Shown: piece after piece, positions 11,051 through 22,819 of the stretch
How the letters are laid out: the number at the start of each line of letters is the position of its first letter
Numbering within the stretch: the stretch's first letter is position 1
Assembly: GCA_051294375.1 (NCBI GenBank)
Contig: CM119265.1
Coordinates: 25,054,725 to 25,118,724 of the forward strand
From: Paraspadella gotoi
Taxonomy: Eukaryota > Animalia > Chaetognatha
DNA length: 64,000 bases
Reading direction: 5' to 3'
The notes under the pieces: model-generated
What the model was told of the DNA's origin: nothing
The model's input: only the letters and a program-made list of their open reading frames with translations
The model's database searches: none
Program-made: the position numbers and the translations under genes

Positions 11051-11625
11051 CTTTTTTTCTGGCTGTCATTAGAAAATTTCTTTGCAAGTCTAAACAATAA
11101 GTTTTAAGAGTGGTAATGATATTGATTTATTATGCATATGGCATAAACGTACAATACAACACTAAAAAAAATTAACTGAAATATTTGAGAACATTTTTGT
11201 AGGCAATTATAGTATAAACATTAAACAATAAAAAGTAGTGTATTAAAGTCGTTTTTTCAAGTTAGCGAAAATATCTACGTTAAGAAAACGACAGTCACCA
11301 GTTTAAAGATCAATTATTATTTTCGCCTATTGAGAATTGAGATGGTAACATTTACTTTTAAACTTGATCTAAATCAATTTAATTAGCTACAATTAATAAC
11401 ACTGTGAAATAACCGATTATTTAAAAAACTGAGTACATTAATTAAATCAAAGTTGCATTTAAAAAAACGGCTCGAGTGTAACAAAAATCATTTCTTATTT
11501 TGTTTGAGTTTTCATATTCGAATGGCAGTTGTTAAGCAGACTTGTTTGCTATGATAGTTTGGGAATTTTCATCACCGCTTGCATCACATTTATTTGGTTC
11601 TAATTTTGTATCAGTTTGGTTATGC

Positions 11626-12180
11626 TTACGTAAAGAACTCTTCGTATTTGAAAGGTTTTTCCTTCGTGTGCGTAATTAAATGAATTTTAAGATCGCTCTT
11701 TTTTCTAAAAATTTTGAAACAAAATTCACATGAAAACGTTTTTATGTTAGCGTGAGTAAAAAGATGTCGATTAAGACTGCTCTTGAATCGAAAAGATTTG
11801 CTACAAGAATAACATTTGAATGCTTTTTCCTTAGTATGTGTCAAATAATGACGTTTTAGACACATTTTCCGTCTGAAACATCGACCGCAAATTTCGCATT
11901 TAAATGGTCGTTGATCAGCGTGAATCAAGTGATGATTTTTCAAAGCGCTCTTCTGCGTGAAGCGTTGGCTGCAATATTCACATTCAAATGGTTTTTCTTT
12001 CGTGTGAGTCAAGTAATGAATTTTAAGATAACTTTTTTGCGAAAAACATTTGCTGCAAGATTCACATTTAAATGGTTTTTCTCCTGTGTGTGTCCTTAAA
12101 TGTCTATGAAGAAGGCTCTTGCACGAAAAACCCTTGTCACAAAATTCGCAGGCAAACGGAATTTTTTCGGCGTAATTCAT
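11626..12180 (-). CDS. Intronless C2H2 zinc-finger protein, 6 tandem fingers, 184 aa
   Basis: Six CxxC-x12-HxxxH units with TGEKPF/TKEKPF-type linkers and no effector domain. Codon use is AT-rich. Confidence 0.9.
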   Translation of the reverse strand: MNYAEKIPFACEFCDKGFSCKSLLHRHLRTHTGEKPFKCESCSKCFSQKSYLKIHYLTHTKEKPFECEYCSQRFTQKSALKNHHLIHADQRPFKCEICGRCFRRKMCLKRHYLTHTKEKAFKCYSCSKSFRFKSSLNRHLFTHANIKTFSCEFCFKIFRKKSDLKIHLITHTKEKPFKYEEFFT

Positions 12181-12680
12181 TTTTTTAAATTTTTTTTAAA
12201 ATTTAAGATGTTTTCGATTGATGTGAGAATCAGAAAGAGAATTAAATGCAGTTTTTGCAATCGCGATTTCCGTATTTTTGAATTTTGTTCAGAACTGAAA
12301 ATTAAATTACCTCAAAAATATCCAACTTAGTAAAGCTTTTGTATTGACAAAGTAACAGAGTTAATTTTTTGTAGCTTTCGTAGAGGAAGAAGGGAAGCGA
12401 ATACGACGGTGAAGCCAAACGAATGAGAGGACAGAGTCATTGTTTTTTCTCGAGGGTCATTGTTTCGTGTCGTNNNNNNNNNNNNNNNNNNNNNNNNNNN
12501 NNNNNNNNNNNNNNNNNNNNNNNNNNNNNNNNNNNNNNNNNNNNNNNNNNNNNNNNNNNNNNNNNNNNNNNNNNNNNNNNNNNNNNNNNNNNNNNNNNNN
12601 NNNNNNNNNNNNNNNNNNNNNNNNNNNNNNNNNNNNNNNNNNNNNNNNNNNNNNNNNNNNNNNNNNNNNNTCTCTCCCAG

Positions 12681-15600
12681 GGAATGGAGGACGAACTTTC
12701 CGCCCACCGAAAATTCGCCGCCAGTTTCTCTCGTTCGGTTCCACGATTCCATCCGAAGAAAACGACGCTGATGCCACGAGCGCCTCTGGAGGCTGAAGAG
12801 GGAAGATCGAAACAAAAGACAATCAAGGCGGAGACCGAGACGACGACGACAACAACGACAACTTACCCGGTCGACTCTCCTCCTCCTCTTCTTCCTCCTT
12901 CTCCTCTGCGTCCTTCCTTCGATCCTTCTATCGAAGACGCCCCCTCCTCTTCCTCCTCTCTTCCTCCTCCTCCTCTTCCCGGCCTCATTGAACGCGCACG
13001 TCATTTGTTTTTCAAAAGATTGACTCCGATCTCTGAGCTTCTTCGATCCGCCACCGACTACATGGCGCTGTTTCCCTCGTCCCGGGCGGCCAACACGATG
13101 GCGAGGTTGGTCGTTATTTAGATTTCAAATTTAATATTTTAATATGATATAATGATAATACGTATAATATTTATATTTTAAATAAAAACTTTGCTATTGT
13201 CAAAATGTATAAAAAAATTTAAATTTTGCTTGTACTTTATAATATTTTTTATTTTTAAAAATAGAATTATTACTAATAAATTAATCAATAAAAAATATCT
13301 TATAATATACTTTGCTTAAAAATTTAAACTGTATTGAATTAAATTTAGATATGATAATCTTTTTTCTTGCATCTAAGGCCTGGGTTAAGTCACTTCAATT
13401 TAATATTTATTTTGAAAATACAATTCAAACTTTTTTCTTTAAATATTTTTTGAAAATAATATTTATATGTTTTATCCTTATTTTATATAAATCTTTTAAA
13501 ACTTTACGAAGAATGGATGATCAACGATGGGAATATTTTTCCGTCGCCGATCCCAGGGGTGCCGCCCAACAGTTCGAGTATCGCCTCGGCGACGCCCTTC
13601 AAATTTCCATCGGCGATGAAGACGACATCTTGAATCGAATTCACGTGACTGCGAGGAACGAGCGGACCGGACAGACGGGACTCGTGCCCACGAAGGTGAG
13701 GACAGATGGACAGGCAGGCGAATCGATCAAAATTGAAAAAAAAAGAATATTGAATCAATTGACCAATCAACCTTCCCCCCCCCAAAAAAAAGGACGTTGT
13801 CCCCCGTGGTTGGTATCACGGCCATCTCACCCCCGACGAGGCGTCCGTAGTGTTAAAATCCGCGCCGACCAAGATGCGGAAAGGCTCGTTCTTGATGCGG
13901 CACGACTTTCGCGGGATGCTGTGGCTTTCGGTGTCGACGAAGGCCATCGATTCTCAGACGATAGAACATTTCCAGGTGAGAGAGGCTCTCTCTCTCTTAC
14001 CCTTACTCCTCTTCTCCTCCCTATTCCCTCTCCGCATCCGTCTCCTCTTCCCCCTTCCCTTCTACCTTCATCTCTTTCCTTTCCTCTCCTTGCCCTCTCT
14101 TCTCCTCTCCCCTTCTCCCTCTTCTCCCCTCTCTACCCTGATATCTCTCCCCCACATCCCATAAATCTCTCGCTCACTCATCGTCTCTCGACTCCCCCCT
14201 GATCTCTCCCTCTCTGCCCTCCTCTCTGACTCCCCACCCTACTCTCCTCTCCCTCCCCTTCTCTTCCCTCTCCTCCCCTCCATTACTCTTCCACTCACCC
14301 TACGCCTCCTGCTAGTCCCTCACCCCCTTTCTCTCCTCCCCCTCCACTCCCTTCAATCTACTATACCTCTTCCCACCCACGCCTCCCAGGTGAAAGGGTC
14401 TCACTTCCTCTACCATCTATCGGCCATTCCCGGACCGTCTTCAAGTCGGTGGTCGATCTGGTCGCCCACTACCAGATCCACCACCTCCCGCGATCCACGA
14501 CGCGCTTGAGGTTTCCCCGCGGACGCGACGAACGACGCCGAGTCGTGCATCGACTGGCGACGCCGTCGAGGGGCGCCGAACTCGTCGCCGCTAAAGATTA
14601 TTTCAGGTGGGTGCGCCTCGCTCGATCCTCCAAAAGATGAAATGAAATTGTACATATACATATTATTGTACACATAGTACATACACTACATACATTGCAC
14701 AATTGTATATTTTAGTATGATTTATTTGTATCACATAATCAATATGGACAACTATGAATTTACAAGGAATCCAGAGCACTCAATGATCATTATCAGGTTC
14801 TAAAACATCTATATTATAAAACTTTAATATGGTCTCGCACTTGAATCTGTAAAATCGAAGTCATATATGTTAAGTTACAGCAAAACATTTGAAAAGAGAA
14901 CAAAAGGATTGAAATCAAAATTATAGTTTTCACCCTGAAACGCCAACCTCTACCCCATCTTCCCCATCATCTACCCCATCAACCTAATCTCCCCCATCAT
15001 CCTCTTCTCCAGCCGCATCGACGAGGAGCTCAACTTCCTCGAGGGCGACTTCCTCAGCCTCGATTCGGACGGGTGGTTCCAAGAGAGAGCCGGCTACTAC
15101 GTGACCACAAATTCTCGAACGGGTCGTCGAGGGATGGCGATATCCTCGATGCTCGTGCCGAGAGAATTTTATCTCGGGTAATGGATTGATTTGATCGATT
15201 TGATTGATTTCATTCGATTGTTTATGGATTTGATGAATCGAAGATCTATCATCTTTTTATATACTATTATTATTATTATTATTTTTGTTATATATAGGGA
15301 GTGGTTCTCATACCACTTCCTTGATAGGGAACCTAGGAAACCGGGAAACCCTCGGAGTAAATAAACGAGACTGTGAGAGAGTCTTGATTGAAAGCTTGCA
15401 GGGACCCGCTATGTCATTATCTCGTAAGAGTGATGGAGGCCTTAAACCACCAATGCCTGTCCAAAGTCAGGGGCCAGATAATTTATTTATTAAATGAATT
15501 GAATAATTGTTTATTGGTTGTACTAATGTCATAGTTTTCTTAACCTCGCCCCCCCCCAACCCCCCCCCCCTCCAGCTGGATGTCCGGCTCCCGCGCGGAC

Positions 15601-17122
15601 GAGGCGCTTCGCGACGCCCGCGTCGGCGACTTTCTCCTTCGCAAAGAAAAGTCGGGCAAATTCTCCTCGTTTTTGTCGGTCAAGTGCCCGACAAAGACGC
15701 ATCACGAGGGCATCTACGCGGACGACTTGCACTGGTTCGTGGGATCTTTGGCTTTCGTGGATTCGCTCAATCTCGTCGAGTATTTCAAGCGAAACGCGGG
15801 TCATTGGGGGGTCAAACTCAGGTAAGGGGGGGGGGAAGAGAATGGGGCCAGAGTTTCGTTGTTTATGTTTTTTTTAAAAACAAACATTTATGTATAATTT
15901 AACTGTTTTCCTTTCTGAAAAAAAAACTATAGCCTCAATACGAAAGCTAAATGAAAGCTGAAAACAGTTTTGCATTGAATCTTGTTTTTTTAATTAGCTA
16001 AAATTTTTTTGAGATAAGTGATTCCTAGTTTTTATCAATTACGATAACAACAATGAAAACACAATAGTAATCGCAACGACTAAGACGAAATTAGTTGTTA
16101 CTTCAGCTGAGACCGACCCTGAAAAGATATGACAATATATCTTATATCTCCCCCCCTTCCACCTCCTCCTCCTCTTACCTCCTTCCAGATCCCCCGTCCC
16201 CTCACCACCCTCTGGCGCCGCCCCTCAATTCCACCACGCCCTCCCGCCTGCCTCCACTCTCTTCGTCGCCATCCAGACCCGCGTGGCGGGGTCGTCGGCG
16301 CACTTGACGATCCACTCGGGCGACGTGGTGCAGGCGGTGTCGACGGAGGCTTGGAACGATCTCGGCACGGGCTGGTACTCGGCCAAGAATCTGACGCGAC
16401 ATTCCGAGGTCGGCGCCTGCTTGTCCAACACGCTCGTCCCAAAGGACTGGCTGCGGGAGGGCGTCGGGGAGGAAGAGGCCGAGAGGCTCCTCGCCGATCA
16501 ACCCGTCGGCACCTTCATGATCCGGAGAGGGTCTCGGAGCGACGGTCGAGGCGGCGGCGGCGGCGTTGGCAACGGCAGCAGCGGCGGCAACGGCGTTCGC
16601 GCCGCAGAGAAGAAGAAGCCTCAAGCGAACCGTCGTTGGGAACTTCAAGGAGACTACAGCTTCATGCTGTCGTTGAAGACGGCCGACGGTCGAGCGGCGC
16701 ACGTGGGGATCTTCGAGGCGACGGAGCGATATACTCAGGTGCTTCGAAGAGCGCGGAGGACGTTGTCGCACGTGATTGTAAATAAGTTCACGCTATTTTA
16801 GATATGTATCGCGCGAGATATAATAAATTAATTAATTAAGTAAACAAAAAATGAATTAAATTAACGAAGTTTGTAGGCATTCGTCTAAACCTAGATAGTG
16901 GATAACTTTCCTCACACTTTCATTGAATTTCCTTCACAGGGAACCGTCTGGGGAATTAAATTCGAGAGAGACTTTATCGACGTCTTCAACCTCGTCGATT
17001 ATTACCGGAAAAACAAAGGAACATGGGGATGTTTGTTGACTCAGCCCTGTCCCCGAGTGAGGGCGAAGAAGTCGCTGAAAAAAGAGCAATCCTTGGATTT
17101 GGATCTCGGGATTTTCGATTAG
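12681..17122 (+). CDS. Pro-rich linker plus three tandem SH3-SH2 modules (~717 aa, 8 exons); 5' end open
   Basis: Exons: 12681-13105, 13512-13695, 13793-13975, 14390-14606, 15013-15177, 15576-15821, 16189-16738, 16940-17122 (TAG). SH2 cores: WYHG..GSFLMR..FKSVVDLVAHY, GDFLLR..LNLVEYF, GTFMIR..FNLVDYY. SH3-like segments: RNERTGQTGLVP, AAKDY..EELNFLEGD..NSRTGRRG, LTIHSGDVV..GWYSAKN. One 1-nt frameshift near 14435. Confidence 0.85.
15294..15528 (+). repeat. Dispersed repeat family A, intronic copy
   Basis: cttgattgaaagcttg...gtccaaagtcaggg..agata..tttattaaatgaat.gataatt recurs at 26948-27140, 30435-30492 (partial) and 63625-63760 (inverted). Confidence 0.7.
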
Positions 17123-17906
17123 AGTCGTACGTTGTGTTTACCTATTGTTATTTGTTTACGAGTTTGAATCTGTCAGCCGTTTCGGAAAAAAAAACTAAAT
17201 AACATTCCTTTTTAAAAGAACGGTCGCTTTCTTGCCAGTATATTGTTAAATAAAGAAAAAAAAACCATCTATATTACAATTATTTTGTTTTTGTTTTTTA
17301 CTTTGCCAGGACCAAAAGGTCTCTTCTCTTTTTATACTTTAGCTCACAAATTTCTCATCGCCCATTTTTTTTTATCCATCAATGAGTTTTATGGTGCCAC
17401 CGAGTTTCATGGTGATTCATGGTGCCAGCGTCGTGGGCGGCGAAACCATTTTTTTCACATTATTTCACGTTTGCTTCGCCGCCTCGACTCACGATTTCAC
17501 AGGTTTTTTTTCCCACAGTTTCGACCAATATTATGAATTTTCTTGCTGTTTTTCGATCTTTACTTAACTTACCCTTTTTCCGATTCACAAAATAGACTCA
17601 CTTTTTTCTTTCAACCTTCGTCTCTTTTTATTCCTGAGCTACTGGCGAGTTTCCAAGCATTAATTCACACTTTCTCCATTCCTGCTTAGAATTTCTCGTT
17701 TCCCTACCCTCTCTAATAGAGAGTCTGTATAACCTTCCCTTTTGAATTTCTAACCATTAACTCTCTTATCCTAACCCCAATCGTTTAGCTCCTAATATCT
17801 GCCCAATACAACCCGACCCCAATAACCTTTTCAACCCCAACCCCTCACCCCTAACCTCCTAAGCTTTCCCCACTTCCCCCCGAACCCCAACCCAACCTTA
17901 ACTTAC

Positions 17907-18101
17907 CTTTTCCTGGACGCTCCAAGCGCTCTTCCCCTTGGGCGGTCGAGCGTTCTTCCGCCTCCAGCCTCCGCAGGCGAAGAGATAGAAATCATGGCAG
18001 GACGTCTGTCTCTCAGATCGAGGTTCTCCTTCATCGTGGCCGCCAGGCGGAGACAGGTCGGCGTCGGCAGAAGCCTTTGCGGGTCTTGACCATGTGGGGG
18101 T
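17907..18101 (-). CDS. Neprilysin/ECE-like M13 metallopeptidase, exon with the N-terminal Cys cluster
   Basis: Acceptor ctttatcag and donor AAG|gtaagt. Translates as TPTCLRLAATMKENLDL..(1-nt frameshift)..CHDFYLFACGGWRRKN..KSAWSVQEK, matching the M13 D-P-C-x-D-F-Y-x-F-A-C-G-G-W signature. Confidence 0.85.
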
Positions 18102-19897
18102 CTGATAAAGAAAGCAGGGAAAAGAAGGGGGGAGGGGGGGGCAGGCAGATGAGAGGGTTTGTTTAATAGCCGATTGGACTAAAAAATTGTTATAAGTAAA
18201 TATTGATATGGAAATGATTTATTATTTTTTTAGATGGAGATGAGAGAGAGAGAGGGAGAGATAAACTGAAGGTTCAAATGAACAGTAAAGAGAGGGGACG
18301 AAGTGACCTGAGAGGAGAGAGGGTCGGATCGGTAAACCAGCAACATGTCTTTCAATTATTATTACAGTTTTATTTTCTTCACAACCGTAAACGGTTTAAG
18401 TGAGAGAAAGGAAGAAGATTGGGAGGAAAATAGAAAGGAAGACAGAGAAGAAAAAGTGAAGAAAGATTTGGAGAAAATAGGAAAGAAGACAGAAAAGAAA
18501 AAGAGATGAAAGGATTGGAGGAGAAAAAAGAAAAGAGACAGAGAAGAAAAAGAGATGAAAGATTGGAATAAAATAGAAAGGAAGACATAGAAGAAAAAAG
18601 AAGAAAAAAATTGGAGAAAATAGAAAGAAGACAGAGAAAAAAAAGAGGAGAAAAAAAGATTCATTCGGACGGAAAGAGTGACTCCATCTTTTTCGCGTCT
18701 TTTCGTCAAAAAAAGAAAAAAAATGTGACGAATATACGATCACCCTGTAAAATATGCGATCACACGATATGAAAAAAATATGCGAACAGGCGTTGTAAAA
18801 AGTGAGATGACGCGTTGTAAAATATGCGACTCGTTGCACCGGCCGCTCGCTGGGGCGAAAGACGGGGGGGGGTGTAGTGAGGGAAGATAAAATCGGGAAA
18901 GGAAAAAGGATGTGATGTGAAGATGTGAAAGAATGAGGTGAGAAATATGCGGCGGGAGGACGAGTGGAGAATTTCGTCAAAGATGTAGTGAGACTTATTT
19001 GTTAAAATGTTATTATTTAACGAGCTGTTTGAAAATTATTAAGGGGATCGCATTTATGAATATATAATAGTTAACTTCACACGGCGAACAATTTCATGAA
19101 AAAAATAAAAATTATCCCTTTCTTGCAACCCTACGAAGTTAACTTTTAGGCGTGAAAAATTCAGACAGACGGACAGACTGACAGACGGTAGACGGACATA
19201 TGGACAGACATAGAGACAGACTAAAAAGGTTTATTCCCGTTTCTCGGCTTCGTTGGAGTCCGAGTTGAAGAGAAGTGGGTCAACGGAAGAAATCAACGAC
19301 GAAGCAGAAAAATCAACGGAGCCTGGAAACGAGAGAGCATTTCCGAGAAACGAGGCAGCATTTCCGAGAATTATGCCTCCCACATTTCCGGGAAATACGA
19401 CCGAGTCAGGAAATATTTCACTGAATTATTGTTAGGAAATGCGACGGAATGAGAGCAGATGTATGTCGAAGAAGGGATTTGACGAGGCGCAACTGATCAC
19501 GTCAATGTTACAGAATAATTTACTATTTACTATTTACAAGGTTATTGTCACTGAAAATGTTGCACATTAACTTTTGCCAAATTTTTGAATGGAAACAAAC
19601 TTATTTCGTTTGTGATTAAACAATAAAACTTTACCTTTGATTATGATTAATTATCATTAATCAATGTTTGTATTAAACCTTTTTCTTCCCATACAGATCA
19701 CGCTTGACTATAAATTATTTGATTATTTACAATATTTGATTATTTTAAAATGTTGGTGAATAAAAAATAAAGCGATAATTTCTAGACACCTAAAACAAAT
19801 CGGCTCGACGCAACTTGACCAAATCCCAGGAAGCCGTGGATAATAGATCTCAAGAAAAAACGTTTAATCCGAAAAAAGAAAACCATATTATTGGTCT

Positions 19898-19931
<34 letters not shown>

Positions 19932-19965
19932 CTCTCTCTCCCTCTCTCTCTCCTCTCTCTCTTCT

Positions 19966-20005
<40 letters not shown>

Positions 20006-20132
20006 TCTCTCTCTCTTTCTCTCTCCCCTCTCTCTCTCTCCCCCACCCTCTATCTCTCTCTCATATTATTGGTTAGCTCTCTAACGCGAAACAAGGGAAC
20101 CATTTTTCCGCTCACATGCGGAACATAAAAAA

Positions 20133-20224
<92 letters not shown>

Positions 20225-20497
20225 CCCAGAGGTCGCGCGAATCGAAACAAAAGAGCACCGCCGCGCCTCGTTGTCGAAATGGAATCCCAGATGACGTCAT
20301 AACCTTCGGCACGAGTTGAGTGGTGACAGAAGGGGGGGGAGAGGTGGTAGGGGGGGGAAGAACCCGGGGCCTGAGACGGGCAGTGGAAGGGGTTAGGGCT
20401 TGTGGGGTGGGGGAGGATGTGGAGGGGGTGGAGGAGAAATAAAATGGTTGACGATATGGGGGACAAGAGAGACAGAAAGAAATTCAAAGAGGAGAGA

Positions 20498-20555
<58 letters not shown>

Positions 20556-21220
20556 AGAGAGGATTCGTTTCTCCGAGACGTCAACGTCTACTCAACCGTT
20601 GCTTACGAAGCTGGAAGCGTGAAGGCGTGGAGAATGACGACGACGATGACGACGGTGAGAAAGATGAACACGACGACGACGATAACGACGACGACAACGA
20701 CGACGACGAAAACGAGGAAGATGACGAGGCGGATGACAACGACGGGGACCGGAGGCTTGTTCAGTGTTCAGTGTTCAGGGTCGAGAGAAAGACATGGGGT
20801 AGGAGCAGTACCTGAGACTGTGGAAAGTGGAGCATGGGAGGGGGCTTGAGGTTGGAGCTGGGGTCAGGGCTGGGGCTGGGGCTTGGGCAGGTGAGGAGGC
20901 TGGAGCTCGTAGATATCGTTATCGTCAGCAATTTTTGACGGAGCACGACGACGACGACGACGACGACAATTTTCACTACGTTGGTTGATAAACTAAATTC
21001 CTGAGCCTTTTAGCTAAAAGGTGACGAGTTCAATTCCAACGATAATGCGATTGTCTTTTTGTCTTGTGAACCACGTGGCATCAACAGTAACAACAACAAC
21101 AACAACAACATTAAACAAAACGATAACAAACACGTTAAAAACAAAATATAATCACAAGAATTTCGTTTCTCGCCAAGTTTACGTCAGATGGAAAAGGAAG
21201 ACTCTATCTCTGTCTGTCTG

Positions 21221-21284
<64 letters not shown>

Positions 21285-22495
21285 ACTTTCTTTCCTTTCT
21301 ATCTCTCTCTCTCTGTTTATCTCTCTATCTCTTTCTCATTTTTCCAATTCTTGTTACAAAGTGGCGAAATATGAGCGCAAGGTGGAAAAATAGAGAGAGA
21401 GAGAGAGAGAGAGAGAGAGCAGAGAGAGAGAGAGAGAGAGAGAGAGATGCGGCATTAGTAAAAAGAAAGTCGGAAGAAAGAAGGAAGCAGAATAATGCAT
21501 GAAATGGACGTAAAAAGGAACGAGGAGATAAAAAGAGAAAAACGGAGGAAGGAGTAAAAGAAAAGAGGATGAAAAAAGAGGAGAAGAAAGAAAATAATGA
21601 AAAAAATGTTATAAAGAATATTATGAACAGGAAAAAAAAACTAGTGAGGAAAAAAAAAAACAAACCATAATGGAGACAAAAGGAGAACCTGCCTATCTGC
21701 CAATGTCTGCTCATCAGTTAGCAACACATAGTGGACATAATTCCGTTTTTCGAAGGCTATATATTGTTTAAAGTAATTATTTTAATATTTTTCTTTTCTC
21801 TTGTCAGTGCTTTTTCCAGACCAAAAAGAGTCTGTCTACGATCTGTATTTGCTTTTTGTTCTGAAGCAACCTTCGAACAAAAACGCTTAGATTTAATGCG
21901 AATTAAAAATCATTATTATCTCAAAAAAAGGCCTATTTACAATCAAGTTTTTATCATCTTTTATTATAAATATAACGCTCTGTCATGACAATTTTTTTCT
22001 CGTATTAATCACATTAATTATTCCAATAGATCGTTAGTTGATTTTCAAATGGCAAACATTGCCGATTCTCTCTCATTTCGTAATGAATATATATAATATA
22101 ATAAATATTATTTACCTAATTGTCCATTAGAAAAAAACAATCTAGCGAAAAAAGTATTTTTGTTATTGGAAGGCAACTGCTAAGTAATTAGCGATTTCTT
22201 TCCAATTAATGTGATTGTTTTCTCTTTCTCTCTAAAAAAACAAACTTTGTAACAAGTATACCGCCTATCAAGTAGTACACTGCCTGGGCATTTTTTTCTG
22301 GTAAGTTCTGGTAAGTTCTGGGAAGCTTTTTTTTTATTACTCATACAAGTATGACCTTTTTAAAAATCCCTTGGAAAAAAAGGACCCTAAAGGACAATTA
22401 TCTATTATTTATTTGTTAGATTTTTATCAGTATCTTCGTAAAATCAAAATGATAGCCTCCTGGTGGAGGCCTTTTTGGAGGACATTATACTTTCG

Positions 22496-22560
<65 letters not shown>

Positions 22561-22819
22561 CTTTTCTATCCTCACAAGTCCTTCAGTTGCAATTTGATGC
22601 GGCAGTTTGCTCATCGTTTTCTCTCTGAAATCAATGACAATTTTTTTCAAAAACTTTGTCAAGATCATTTTAAATCTAAAATATTATTAATACCGAGTTT
22701 CTCCAATTCCCAGGTAAAAAAAGAGAATATTTGCGAATATGGTCATACGAATTGAATCAGGCCATTTTAATTGAATACCCATTTCTGCTCAAATGTTATT
22801 TTTCTTTATATTCAGGAAA

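Noticed and set aside
20560-21000. Possible additional M13 exon or acidic/Val-rich ORFs
   Set aside because: Dominated by GAC/GTC trinucleotide repeats, with stops in the frame required by the flanking exons.
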